Shown: positions 52,072 through 64,000 of the stretch, in pieces | Layout of the letters: every line of letters begins with the position of its first letter | How positions within the stretch are numbered: position 1 is the stretch's first letter | Assembly: GCF_001194135.2 (NCBI RefSeq) | Contig: NC_068986.1 | Span: forward strand, 41,260,661 to 41,324,660 | DNA: 64,000 bases | From: Octopus bimaculoides | Taxonomy: Eukaryota | Direction: 5' to 3' | Program-made: the position numbers and the translations under genes | Notes under the pieces: generated by a model | Told to the model about the DNA's origin: nothing | The model's database searches: none | What the model saw: the letters and a program-made list of their open reading frames with translations, nothing else

Positions 52072-53169
52072 ACTCCCTTCTCCATGAAGCAAAGCTTCTG
52101 CTGCTACTTGTCAACCATCTCCTGTCTGATCATTGTTTTAAAATTTCATCCAGGAATCTTTTATATACATTGATTATGCTTGACTTACAATGTTTTATTC
52201 TTATATTCCTTTCACCTGGAAGCCTCATCTTTATTCTCTCTCCTTTTCATACATTTTATTATCATCATCATTATCTGTTAACATCCATGTTACATACTAG
52301 TATGAGTTGGGTGATATGATTGGATCCAAGGGATGCAAGGACTGCATCATGCTCAAGTGCTTGGTCTGCATGGCTTCTGTGGCTGGATGCCATTTCTAAT
52401 GCCAACCACTTTACTGTGTGTACTGGGTGCTTTTGTCCATTGCACCATCACAAGTGAGCTCATCAAGTAACTAAAAAATACAAGATCTCTTAACTGAGTG
52501 TAGTATTGAGGGAAGTGCCTTATGCCACATATCGAGAGAGCTTAAAATGATAGAGGGACAGGTGCAAGATGGTGGTAATGAAGGGTCAGGGCCTATCCTC
52601 AAGGTACAAAAAGGAGAGTAAGAGAAAGTATGGACAGGGAAAAAGAGGGTAGGTAAGTTTGTAGGAGTGTAAAAGGCAAGTGATAAATGGTTAGAGATGG
52701 TGAATGGTGAAAAAGAATGGTCAGTGGTGAATGTCACTTTGGGGTAGGGTGAAAGAAATAGGAGTGGGTCAAGGAAGAGGTAATAAATGACAGAACAAAG
52801 GAAAGGGTGAAGGGAAGAGTAGCACTATAATAAAACCATAGATATATAAAAAATAGAGAAATGATTTGAAGTGTGAGTGAGAGAGGGATGCACAGTGACA
52901 AAGACAAGGGGCCAGCAGAATATAGGGATGGAGGGCATCAAAAACATGTGAGTGTTCAAAGAAAGAGGCATTCGGTGGAAGATAAAGTTGTATGGCATTG
53001 TACTAAAAATGCTGGATGGGTGACAAAGGGAAAGTGGTTCTAAGGAAGGATAACTGATGGCACATAGAAAACTGATGATAAGATGCTTTAGGGGAAGGCT
53101 TGAGAAGGACAAATTGGGTGTTGGTGCATTGACATAAGCAATATGCTATTAGCACCTCATTATTGCTGA

Positions 53170-54330
53170 GATGGTTGGGTCTTCTCAAGCACTGCATATT
53201 GCTAATCATCTATTTCATTTGTACCAACATCCTGAGATTGATCTCAACTGCTTCATTCCACATCTTGGGTTTCTCTCTTTCGCAGGTTCCATCTGCAGTT
53301 ATTGGTAGGTATTTAGTTACACAGCTGTCCACATCCATCTGCATCATGTGATGCAGTGCAATCTTTTCTCTTGCACACTACATCTAATTCCTTTTTAGCT
53401 TAGTTTTTGTCACAACCTGTTTGCCTTGCACATCCAGTGGAACATGTTAGTTTCATTTCTTTCTCATCTTCACATGTCCTCTGCATTTACAGCTCATGTT
53501 TCACTTCCATGTAGCACTATTGTTCATACATAGGCATCATACAATTTGCTTTCAACTCTGAGAGGCATTTTGTTATCAACAGAGACAATAGCTCTCTGAA
53601 CTTTCCTCGGCCCATTTTTATTCCTAGCAACTATACTTTCAGAACATCCTGCTTCACTGCCAATTAGGTCAGCTAAGAAATGGAAATTATCCACAGCCTT
53701 TAAGGATCTTCCTAGGTATTCCAGAAAATCTATTTCTTGTATGTTCTTAGTGTTTATTGCTCCTATGCCTCTATCACACAGTCTGCTTTTTCTGTTAACC
53801 TTTCTATGATTCCACTGTACTTCTTATGTGTCCATAGTTTCTACCTACACATTTTCTACATATTGAACAGGGCCATTTGCTTGAGGGATTAGCATCTTGT
53901 CTGTTTACCTGCTAACTAGGACTTTCAGCTTTGCTAAGTGAACTTTCAGGCCCTTTGATTCCAGGTTTTGCTTCCACACTTGGAATTTCATTTCTAATTC
54001 TTAAATTTAGCTAATAAGAACAAGTTCATCCTCATAAAGGACCTCCCATGAGAAACCAGTCTTAAACTCCTTTGTTGTGGCCTGAAGGACTGATAAATAG
54101 GTGACTAATAACAAAGCTTGGTGAATTTCTACTTGTACATTAAATTTATTGCTGTATTTATTGCTAACTCTTACATTCTGACAATACCTCTTCACATAGT
54201 TTGAACAACTGTTACCAGACATTCATAAACTCCAAGCTTCTACAGTAATCACCAGATCAGGGAGTGAGGGACCCTGTCAAAGATTTTTTCCAGGTTGACG
54301 AGTGCCAAGTAAAGAGTTTTACTTTTGGCT
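53170..54330 (-). mobile_element. RTE LINE remnant (RT C-terminal half and 3' region)
   Basis: ORF 54007-54222 contains LQATTKEFKTGFSWEVLYEDELVLI (YADD region); KFRELLSLL lies downstream; many stops. Confidence 0.8.
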
Positions 54331-55836
54331 AAATACTTTCCCTGCAGTTGTCTTATTAGAAAGAGATCATCAGTAATACAAAACCAAACTTCATCACATT
54401 TTGTCTAACTCAATTCCTAATTATTTGAACCACAACTTTTTTGTAGCTTTCATAACCTGGTCCAGAAATTTAATACCTTTGTAATTACTTCTCTCTCCTT
54501 TACCTTAATAACAACTGACTATAATGCTGCTACACCATGGCAGAATCATTGGAGTGTTAGACAACATGCCTTGCAATATTTTTTTTAGTTTTGTATGTTC
54601 TCCGTTGCAACATACAAGTTCAATGTTAGATTTTCTAGTAAACTTTACTACTATGATAACCTTTCTAGGTTATATTGTAGAATTTGTCAAAGAGCTGTAG
54701 AATATATGATATTTAATAGTTAGTTGCTACTTTTGTTGGTGATAAGCGGTTTTCCTCTGCACAGAGAGCAGATTGTTTGAAGCACAGTAAGGAGTATTAT
54801 TGTAGTTTAGTCCTAGGTCATTTCTGACTGAAAAGGCTCATAATAAAAGCACTCTGGTCATGACTATCCCATCTTTTTAGACAGTTTATCTAAAAGGGTA
54901 ACTAATCATATTTTGCTTTACAAACTTCTATTCCACACTTATTTGTGTGGAGAAGTATAAATAGCTATGGGCCACTCCATTATTTAAATGTGCATAAAAT
55001 AAAGAAAACAAGAACAAAAGCTTTTTGAAGTAATCAGTTTTAGATGTAAAATACTGTAATGAATTTGTGGCTTAATACCTAGCTTACAGCTGTGTGAATA
55101 TACACACAGAAACACATGTATGACGTGTGTGTGAGTGAAGTGCATGCAAACTCACACATTGTGGTGGATGTGGGCATTATTTTGATGGGTGGAGTATGTT
55201 TCTATCTCTTAAATGGATTCAGTTAAGTGAACAAATGACTTCTTGTGAGTGATGTTAAGCTGAAGACTATCCTTTGTTAAAATTGAGGACCTGAAAAAAA
55301 AAACTAATGAGTAACCTTAACCTGCTAACAGTCTGAGTATTTGTCCTCCTTCTTTTGAAATCCCCTTCAGCTCTGCTGTTGTGACATTTATCTCACTAAC
55401 AACAGCAGGCCTATAAACATTTATAATCTACATTAGAACTCTAGTCATCCATTTATTTATTATATATTTTATCTGTCTTTGTGAAAATTTTAGTTTCATT
55501 TATTCTAAGTCATGCATATTATCTTCTTTCCACCCTCTTTTTTAACTCCATGTATGTGTGGGGTTTATTTCTCAGAAATGGTTTTCTAGCTACTTTTTTC
55601 TGTTCATAACATTGTCCAGCAGTTTTTAAGCACTGAAATTCTTTGAAAGATATTTGTTTAGATTGTTCTTGTTGGTGTGTGTGTGTGTGCTGCAGGTGGG
55701 GGTAAACACACACATGCACACACAACAGGCTTCCATACAGTTTCTATCTACTCACAAGGCATTGGTTGGCTTGGGGCTATATGCAGTAGAAGACACTTGC
55801 CCAAAGTGGGTTCCTTAAACATACAGCCATGCCTGC

Positions 55837-55882
<46 letters not shown>

Positions 55883-58800
55883 GGGTGGGGGGCTGTTTGT
55901 TGACAACTTTTTCTACCTTGTAAAGGTAATTTACCCATTTTTTCTGCTGTTCTAATGGTAATATTGTGTCTGAAAAAAAAATCATCTTGTTTATATCGTA
56001 CAAAACACATTTTGACGCTTCTAATAAAAACAAATATAAGTACATGTGATATATATATATATATTTGTTGTTTCGGAATAAATTTGTAGATCTCAACCAA
56101 CATTGAATATGTAAATCTATCTTACACATATCAGATAGTCACAAATAACTGAGGCATGAATTAACAAAAAATATAGATAATTGTACACCTGTGTACTACT
56201 GCATATGTGACCAACTGTGAGACCAGCATAAAATAAGGAAATACAAAAGTAATGATGATAATTCTTTTATAGTGTGTATGTGCCTTGATAGAAGAGCACA
56301 TGACTCAGCAATATCAGATTTGAGAAACATTTGATCCTTCATTACAAGGACTGAGATTATTACTTTCATGTTGCTAATTTATGCTTAGCTTAGTCTGTGA
56401 TTTTGAATTACCAAATTCCATAACAGCTTGGCTAAATATGTTTAAATGTTTATTAAATTCATATGTTGAATGTTTCTATAATTACTCCTGTTTGCTTTTT
56501 ATAAAAGCAACACCACTGCCTTAGCCAAAAACAATTTTTATAAAGGTGTGTACATTTAAATACATAAATATATTTCAAGCTCCATCAAAGCTGATGAAGA
56601 TTTTGATAAGAATCAAATTCAGATGTTGACTAGGAGCTCTCTCTTTAAGATGGGTGTTTAACTTCAAAATTCCTTTATTACTTAGCTAAATTGTGTATGC
56701 ATGTATGTGCATGCACACACACTATCTTTGGACATGTTATCATGTTTCTAGAGGCCACACATTCATAAAAAAATATTTTCTTGTGTCATCTTTCATCAGC
56801 AGATGGCAAAAAATGTGTGATGTGAGATAAAAAGCTGGGGTTTTTTTTTTATGCTAGCAAATATGGAAAGCAAAACTAGAAAAAGCAGATAGCCAAAGCA
56901 TCTATGATTCAAATAAAATCTCTCTTTGTGTAGAATTTTTACTTTCAGATTAACAATGAAAATAAAATTTAGAATTAAAAAAAAACAAAAAGGAGATTTT
57001 ATGCTATGAAAATGAATAATCAATGTACTCTGTTAAAGCTTTACATGAAGAAATATTTTCATTGCATTATACTCGCGAGATATTTTAAATTTATCTGTGC
57101 ACACACATACATACTGAGTGAGAGAAGAGAGAAAATTTATGGCTGAAAGTATAACCCTTTTATTTGAATAATATTTTATTATGATGGACATAATAAGTAT
57201 TAAACATGAATATTTCAAATATATGGCCTGTTTAGTTTATATTAAATACCTGTTAGCAGCCTTGTGATTGCTCATATTTGTTTAATATGTCGGGGTGGGG
57301 GAAGATGCTTGGGTTTTGAAAATGTGAGATTTTACAAATAAGTTGGAGGTTTTGACAATAATGTTTTGTTTTTTTTTGCTAAATATAATTGACTATCTTC
57401 AGCACTCACCAGAGCAGAAAATGTTTTGGGCTGAATTTGAACTTATAACCTTTCAGTTAAATGACAAGTCTTTACCAATCATTATTCTTGGTAACTGGTA
57501 CTCCACATGTAGTCTTAATAAGATTATTTTAAAATCTTGTTAAAGTGTTAAATGTAAAGTGCTAATGTGTTCTTGCAGTCTTTTAAACTTGCTATGTCTT
57601 TTTGTGTGCGTCTTGACCTCTGGTTGACTGAGGTCATAAATTTAGATCTTACTATAGGATATTGTATTTTGTTTCGTTGTGAAGTAGCTAGTAGTAGCAC
57701 AGTCACCCTGTTGTAAAACAATTACCTCAACAAATAAATTATCCCACCCATGTGAGCATGGAAAAAATGGTTGTCAAAAAGTTATGTTTGATACTGCTGA
57801 GATTCATGATTCATTTCTTTGATAGAAGCCAACTTCTAAACCATAGTAGAGAATTGAATACATAAAGATATATATATTCAGTCTCACAGCACAACAAGCA
57901 ACACAGGTATATTACCATGTTTCTAAGTTATGGTTACTGATGGGGCATTTATTTATTTATATACTTGTTTTGTTCTTATTCATACATTCAGTTGTCTGTT
58001 ATTGATATTAGTTTTGTGCACCTGAGCTGATGCCCTAGCAACATTTCATTTAAACAGTTTAATCTACTTGTAATTTTTTTTGTTTGTTTTTGTTAGTCTC
58101 CTTTGTTTCTGTGGTGTGATGTGTTTCATCTCTTAACTCCTTGTAAAAATAGTTCATGAGAAAAATATATTTGTGAGGTTGATAGCCTGACATGTTACCA
58201 TTGAGCCAAACAGCATTAAAATAAATCAAATTGTGAAAATATGATAACTATAAAAGTCATTGTGACAATGTACTCTCCTGTTGGAGGATGGCACCACAAG
58301 CATTTTTTAAAGTTAATTTTTAATATTAATTTGAATTTAATTTTTCATAGAATTGGTATTCTATCATTATGAGTTAGCATACTAGTTTATCATGGATTTG
58401 CTTGGTTAGATTCTTCTTGCCACTGTTAAAAAAAAAAAAAAATTTACAAAAATTTGTGATTGATTGAATGTAAAATTTATACTTTAAGAATGCTTTTAAA
58501 TGGATTCTATTAATCACCACCTTGTAATGAGAGCAGTTTCTTTTTCTTAGAGGGAGGTTATCTGTATATCCGTAATCTGGAATATTTTAAGGCAATCAGG
58601 TTTTGCATTTGATATTTTAACAAACTCCCTTGTATTTACTTTTCTTCTATCCACCACTCATTTTACAAATTTCCTGTCTAAATACTTAGCTGTCACTTCC
58701 TGCATTTTACTGTTGATTACAGTTCCTTTCTGGCTTAGTTATTGTATTTGAATAGTTTCTACTAGAGATAGGTATCCAGTTCTATTCCGTAGAGCTGGTT

Positions 58801-60724
58801 AATCAGTATATGTCAATTATGTTCAGGATGTGGTATTTATTTTGTTCACTTATATCTGATACTGATCCTTTTTGAATTCTTTTGCTGAGACTAATTCAGT
58901 TTCTTGCTCTTAAGGAAATATCATATTTGTTTTTGCTTTGAGGCTTCATTAGTCCCATTTCATCTTATTCTCTCTTGCTTTATCTTTCCATCTTTATTAC
59001 AATGAATTGATCTACACAATTTTAATGATTTTCCTAACGTAAAATAGAAAATTTAGCTTCATATATGTTTTTGTATTTATTCTTTTTTTTTTTTTTCTAA
59101 CTTCTATCTGTGGGTAGAATTTAGTTTCTATGATAAAAATCCAATAGAAAATCCTTTAACTGAAAAGATTTTGCAGCTTTCTCTAACAGCTGTGAAATGT
59201 TTGAATCAACAATTCAAGCTCATTGAGATATTGAAGACAATTTGACATTTAACCTTTTGTATTTTGCCATTGACTATAAAGGCAAATATCTCACTGTTTT
59301 GTTATAGATGGCTGCTCTTTGTCTTAAGTGAATAATTTAACCAAAACTGAAGTCAAAATGAAAAATATCCTATTATAGGCAAATCCTTCCAATGTAGAAA
59401 AAATGTTTCATCTGACTGAACTTTTTGTGTTGATCTCTTTTTGATTTTATGTGAGAAAAAAAATTGTTACCATAAATGTAAATTTATAACTTAAAGAAAA
59501 GTATAAATTTTACTTTGGTTGAAATCTTAGACAGTTTTTAAAGTGTTCTTTATAATGTATTTTTACTATCTAAAATAGTTACGTTTGTGTTGTATGGGAA
59601 ATCTGTACACTTTCATGATTAGCTTAGCGAACTATACTAGTAGTATAAATGAGCATGTGCAGAACAGTCTGGGAAAAGTGTTACATCAGGAACATTTGAT
59701 ATTATAACAATTCAGATATAACAGTGGTGACGAGAAGTCATATGTCATATCAGTTTGCTTATTGTCCATATAACTTTGGTATAGGCAGTATATTTGTTGT
59801 TTTGATGTGTATTGTTTATCAGATAAAACTAACATTTTAAGCGTTCTAATAAACTATCATTAGAGGAGTACTGGCTCATTAATTAGATCCTTTCATATGG
59901 AATACATACGCATGTGACATGTCTTCCAGTGAGAGCTTTGATTTCTTCTGAACTTTAACTTAAAAAGTGGCAATTAGACCGACTGGATGTATGTCAGAGG
60001 ATAGCTTAGTTTTAACTCTCAAATGCAACGGCTTCATGAAGCATAAACCTCATATTCCTGTTTTTCATCACTTCCTATAACTTTTAGGCATCGTATCTAA
60101 TTAAGAAATCATTTAATGGGATATATGAATATTTTTTTTAATAATCAGTTTCCATAGTGATATTAGGAAATGAAATGCCAGAGGTATATATCTGTAATAT
60201 TATATGTTAACAGAGTATGCAAAGAATTGGGTTAAATTTTTAGATTTCATTAGTTGATTGCTCTAGGCTAAAGAGAGAACTTCAAAATTCAGGAGAAAGT
60301 CAATTAAGTTCCCAAATAGTTGTCTGATTACAGCAGTAGCTTCAGTTATTTTACTATTAAATTAACTCCATTTCCTTTGGTATTTCATCTTTATCATTCT
60401 GTGAACAATAGTGTTGTTGGTTATGAGATTTGTGTTGGCCAGTCACTGTTTTGCTGTATTTATGATAGTAAAGAGTGATTGAATTATTTATACAAAAATA
60501 TCACAATATTTTTGCTGAAAAAGATTTGGTTCATTGGTTTTTCACTGTGGTGTTTACATCTCTCACTTCTATATATACATAGGCTTATGTGTATTCCAGT
60601 TTTTAGAATCGGCATACTATATCCCCGTGTGTGTAAGAGTCAACTAAAATAGTTACGAAGCATTGTTTCAAAGAATCTCTCCCAGTTCATACCAACATAG
60701 AAAAGCAGTTACAAAACAATGGCA

Positions 60725-60860
60725 CTTTATCATCATCATCATTTAACATCCGTTGTTCATGCTGGCATGGGTTGGATGGTTTGACTAGGACTGGTATGCT
60801 GGAAGGCTGCACCAGACTCGTGTCTGATTTGGCATGGTTTTCTATGGCTGAATGCCTCCC
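60725..60860 (-). repeat. SINE/RTE-type 3' tail
   Basis: CATCATCATTTAACATCCGTTGTTCATGCTGGCATGGGTTGGATGG. Confidence 0.7.
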
Positions 60861-61109
60861 ACCACACATATATAGACACACATGCCCTCATATGTAATGG
60901 GCTTTTGCATAATTCCAGCTTTCCAGGAACTATGCAAAGAAACAATGGACTTGCAGGCATTGACCAATCCAACAATCTGGTAGAAACATTTGCCTAAAGT
61001 GCTACATAGTGAGATCAAACCCAGAATATCAAGTTATAGTGAAGCAAACTTATGAATACAGGTATATCTTCTAATACTAACCAAAGTTGTATTCCCAAAT
61101 ATAAATGTG

Positions 61110-61146
<37 letters not shown>

Positions 61147-61170
61147 ACACACACACACACNNNNNNNNNN

Positions 61171-61210
<40 letters not shown>

Positions 61211-61440
61211 TTTTCACAGTAGCGAAACTGTTTGAATGTACACCAAATTTAGATGCGTCGCTTAACTGAAAAGGAAGGAACATGGGAATGCCACTGAGAG
61301 TTTGATGGAAGACCTGGAGAGTTTGTCTTTCGTATATCTATAAGTATTAAAACTGGGTAGAGTATCTGGCATATATGGTTACTCAGTAGAATTCAAGTTT
61401 CACAATGAACAAAAACTAAACACTGCATTGCAATATTTCG

Positions 61441-63100
61441 GTTTTTTTTTTTGTTCCAAATATCTAACCACAAGTTCTTTGCTGCTTCAGCATTTTACAT
61501 CATTTCCCAAATGTTTATTCTCATTCTTCAGCTGTTGGTAAAAATTTCCTTTTGTTGTTTCTGTAGAGCCTGTTCTGCTGGTATTCATTTATTCTTTGTT
61601 GGTATCTGGTTGTTTTACCTGCTATTGGGTATTGCTTTAATTTTCCTGTCTTATCTCTTTTATAGCTATGTTTGCTCCTTTGTGTCTAATATCACACTTT
61701 CTCTGGAATTCATTTCTGTATTTTTCCTTCAGTCTTTTTAATTATCGCATTTATCCTTCAAAGATTTTTATCTACCTGTTCATCTTCATTTTCAAATCTT
61801 CATTTCCATCATTGGCTTTCACTCTCTTGTTTTTCCTTGATTTTTAACTCCAAGAAGTTCTACAGTAACAGATGCTGTGCACTGGATACGGTCATTTAGG
61901 TCTGTTATATTTTCCAACTTAGATATGAATGCTGGACAGGGGTGCCTGTTAAGGTACTTGGGGTCTGATTTAAACCTCATCTCCTGGTAGACTGGAACTG
62001 GTCAAATTCACCCAGAAACAGTCTGGAAGGAAGCTATTGGTCAGAGGTAGCAAGTGCATACACTGCTTTTGTTATTTGTTATCAGTGGACATCATACATT
62101 GCCCTAACTTTCATTTGATCAGGTTTGAGTGTTTACACTTTTGATTTTTGTGCTAGCAAGCCCCTCTGTGCAGCAGGCTCAGTATTCCATGTTTGATCAT
62201 ATCTAAGCATGCACTGATACTGTGACATCTGCAGAAGTTCCTAGATGATGAGGAATAGTTTTCTTGCAACTTGTCTCTCTGATGGAATTGCAATATTGTG
62301 TCAGCAAAGATCAGTCTTGGGCACTGGAATATTGTCAGACATAGTTTTCTCTATCAGTTGGGCAACATAGCCAGTATTATGTCAACCAATATATTCTATA
62401 AATGGTTAGTAGGGGTCAACATCTAAAATATTCTTGAGGAGACTGTGTGCCACTAAGATCAACTGAATGATCTTTTCCAGAAAATTTTCAGTTCAGGATT
62501 TATGGATAACTTCCAGGACCCTGTGTTGTGGAAGTGGTGGAAGGAGCATTAACAGTTTGGGATAATTACTTCAGGTGCAGAAACATAATCAGCCGGACTT
62601 GTTCAAGATGTGCACAGGCTGACAAAATTACTCTGTATGCACTCATTTAGTGTTTGAGCCCAATAGCTGTTATCATATGAAGGACTGATCTGGCTATCAT
62701 CCAAGTCCATTCAGAAGATTGCCCCACTGCTTTCCTTAGGCAAGAAGTTCAGGCAGTTTTTTCTGTCTCATGACCATAGTGAAAGCAATTATATAGTGAA
62801 CATGTTTGAAAAAGCTGAAGACAAGCATTTTCCTCTTTGGGAAATTCTCAACTTCAATTTGGAAAGGCAGGTGAGGTTAGAGAGGGAGATGCACTCCAGT
62901 AAATTTGCTGAATGATAAATGAGTGTCTTACTCAGTATGCGCAAGAAAATATCTGGCAAAGCACTTGCTCTTGGAAGTAATGCTGAATTTGTAGAGTTCA
63001 TTGATTGGTCTTGGTATCTCTCCTTGTATTAGCATTTCTTATTTCTCACCTATTGTATATTTTGTTTTCTGCATTTGGATTTTTGTATAACTCTCCTTCT
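61441..63100 (-). mobile_element. R4/Dong-like non-LTR retrotransposon remnant (pre-RT region)
   Basis: Broken minus-strand frames: FQRKCDIRHKGANIAIKEIRQ, AGKTTRYQQRINEYQQNRLYRNNKRKF, NAEAAKNLWLDIWNK; these match motifs I recall upstream of the RT in R4-clade elements. Confidence 0.7.
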
Positions 63101-63809
63101 CTCTTTATCTGTTTTTGCAACATCCCCTTTGTCTATTTCCATCATACCACATATAAAAACAACAACAACAACACTAATGATGATGGTATGATGATTATTA
63201 TTATAATTATTGCAGTGGAGTTGCAAAAACACTTGTGTGAAATTAAATGCTCTGAGTATTTAATTTCATCCTTCTACTTTTCAGTATCAAATCCAATCAG
63301 AATTGTCTGTTTTTCTTCCCACCAAGTACCATTCATGTACTGGCAATCAATTCAGCTGATTATACTCATCCCTTGTAAATATAGCCTTGTACTGATGTGA
63401 AAAACATTATTATTATCATTTTCTTCTGAATACTTGAGAGTTAATCCCCAGCCTCTAAACTGAAAGCAAATACAACCCTCACTTAGAAAGAACAAACAAA
63501 CAAAAGATAGTATTTTAATATGATAATAGCTGAAGAACGTTCGTATTGATTGCTTGAAAATTATCCTGTTAATGCAGTTCAGTAACCATTTTCTTCTTTT
63601 TACACCATTCTAAAATTTCTTTTGGTTGATTGTCTATTAAAAAATGTGTGAATGTGCACTGATTACTAATGAGTAGTAGAATGAGTCGTCTATAGGCTAT
63701 GATAATGTTCTAAAGATCTTTCTTGCACACCAACTAAAATAGATTTCTAAAATGATTATTAGCAATTTTATATGCTTTCTTCCTCCCCCCTCCCTTTCCC
63801 CTCTCTCTT

Positions 63810-63841
<32 letters not shown>

Positions 63842-63917
63842 CCCCCCCCTCTCTGTGGGAATAATTATTTATACATTGATGTTGCATAGGTAACCTATTT
63901 ATTATTATTATCATTAG

Positions 63918-64000
63918 GGCAGTGAAGTGGCAGAATCATTGGAGCATTGGGGAAAATGCCTTGCTGTATTTGTACTGCCTCTTTACAGTTTGTGTTCAGA
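63918..64000 (+). mobile_element. SINE family C head, cut by the window edge
   Basis: GGCAGAATCATTGGAGCATTGGGGAAAATGCCTTGC; compare 54535-54620. Confidence 0.55.

Larger units (their letters stand above)
5896..61170. other. Assembly gaps (N-runs)
   Basis: 5896-5905, 8390-8399, 38513-38587, 39755-39870, 40071-40080, 44402-44411, 51740-51837, 61161-61170; most adjoin microsatellites. Confidence 0.95.

Noticed and set aside
38464-61206. ORFs rich in CVCV, THTH, YIYI or X residues
   Set aside because: Translations of microsatellites, SINE spacers or N-gaps

Overview
AT-rich, CpG-poor eukaryotic DNA from a gapped short-read assembly (8 N-runs). The repeat families look like those I recognise from Octopus/cephalopod genomes; this is recall, not a database result. 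I can support no intact protein-coding gene, rRNA, functional tRNA or CRISPR array. The listed ORFs come from microsatellites, a minisatellite, AT-rich noise or decayed retroelements. The window is most plausibly intronic or intergenic. It holds three RTE LINE remnants, one R4/Dong-like LINE remnant, several modular tRNA-derived SINE families, piggyBac-type and mariner-type MITEs, a fairly intact Helentron-type non-autonomous element and a hAT transposase trace. The most unusual structures are: a tRNA-Thr-like cloverleaf held between inverted repeats (5650-5770), three minimal hammerhead-ribozyme-like motifs (12574, 32391, 43632), a near-perfect 87-bp-arm foldback (44076-44270) and a two-variant 21-bp minisatellite. 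A few splice-signal-flanked candidate exons are given at low confidence. Repeat boundaries are approximate unless a motif is quoted.
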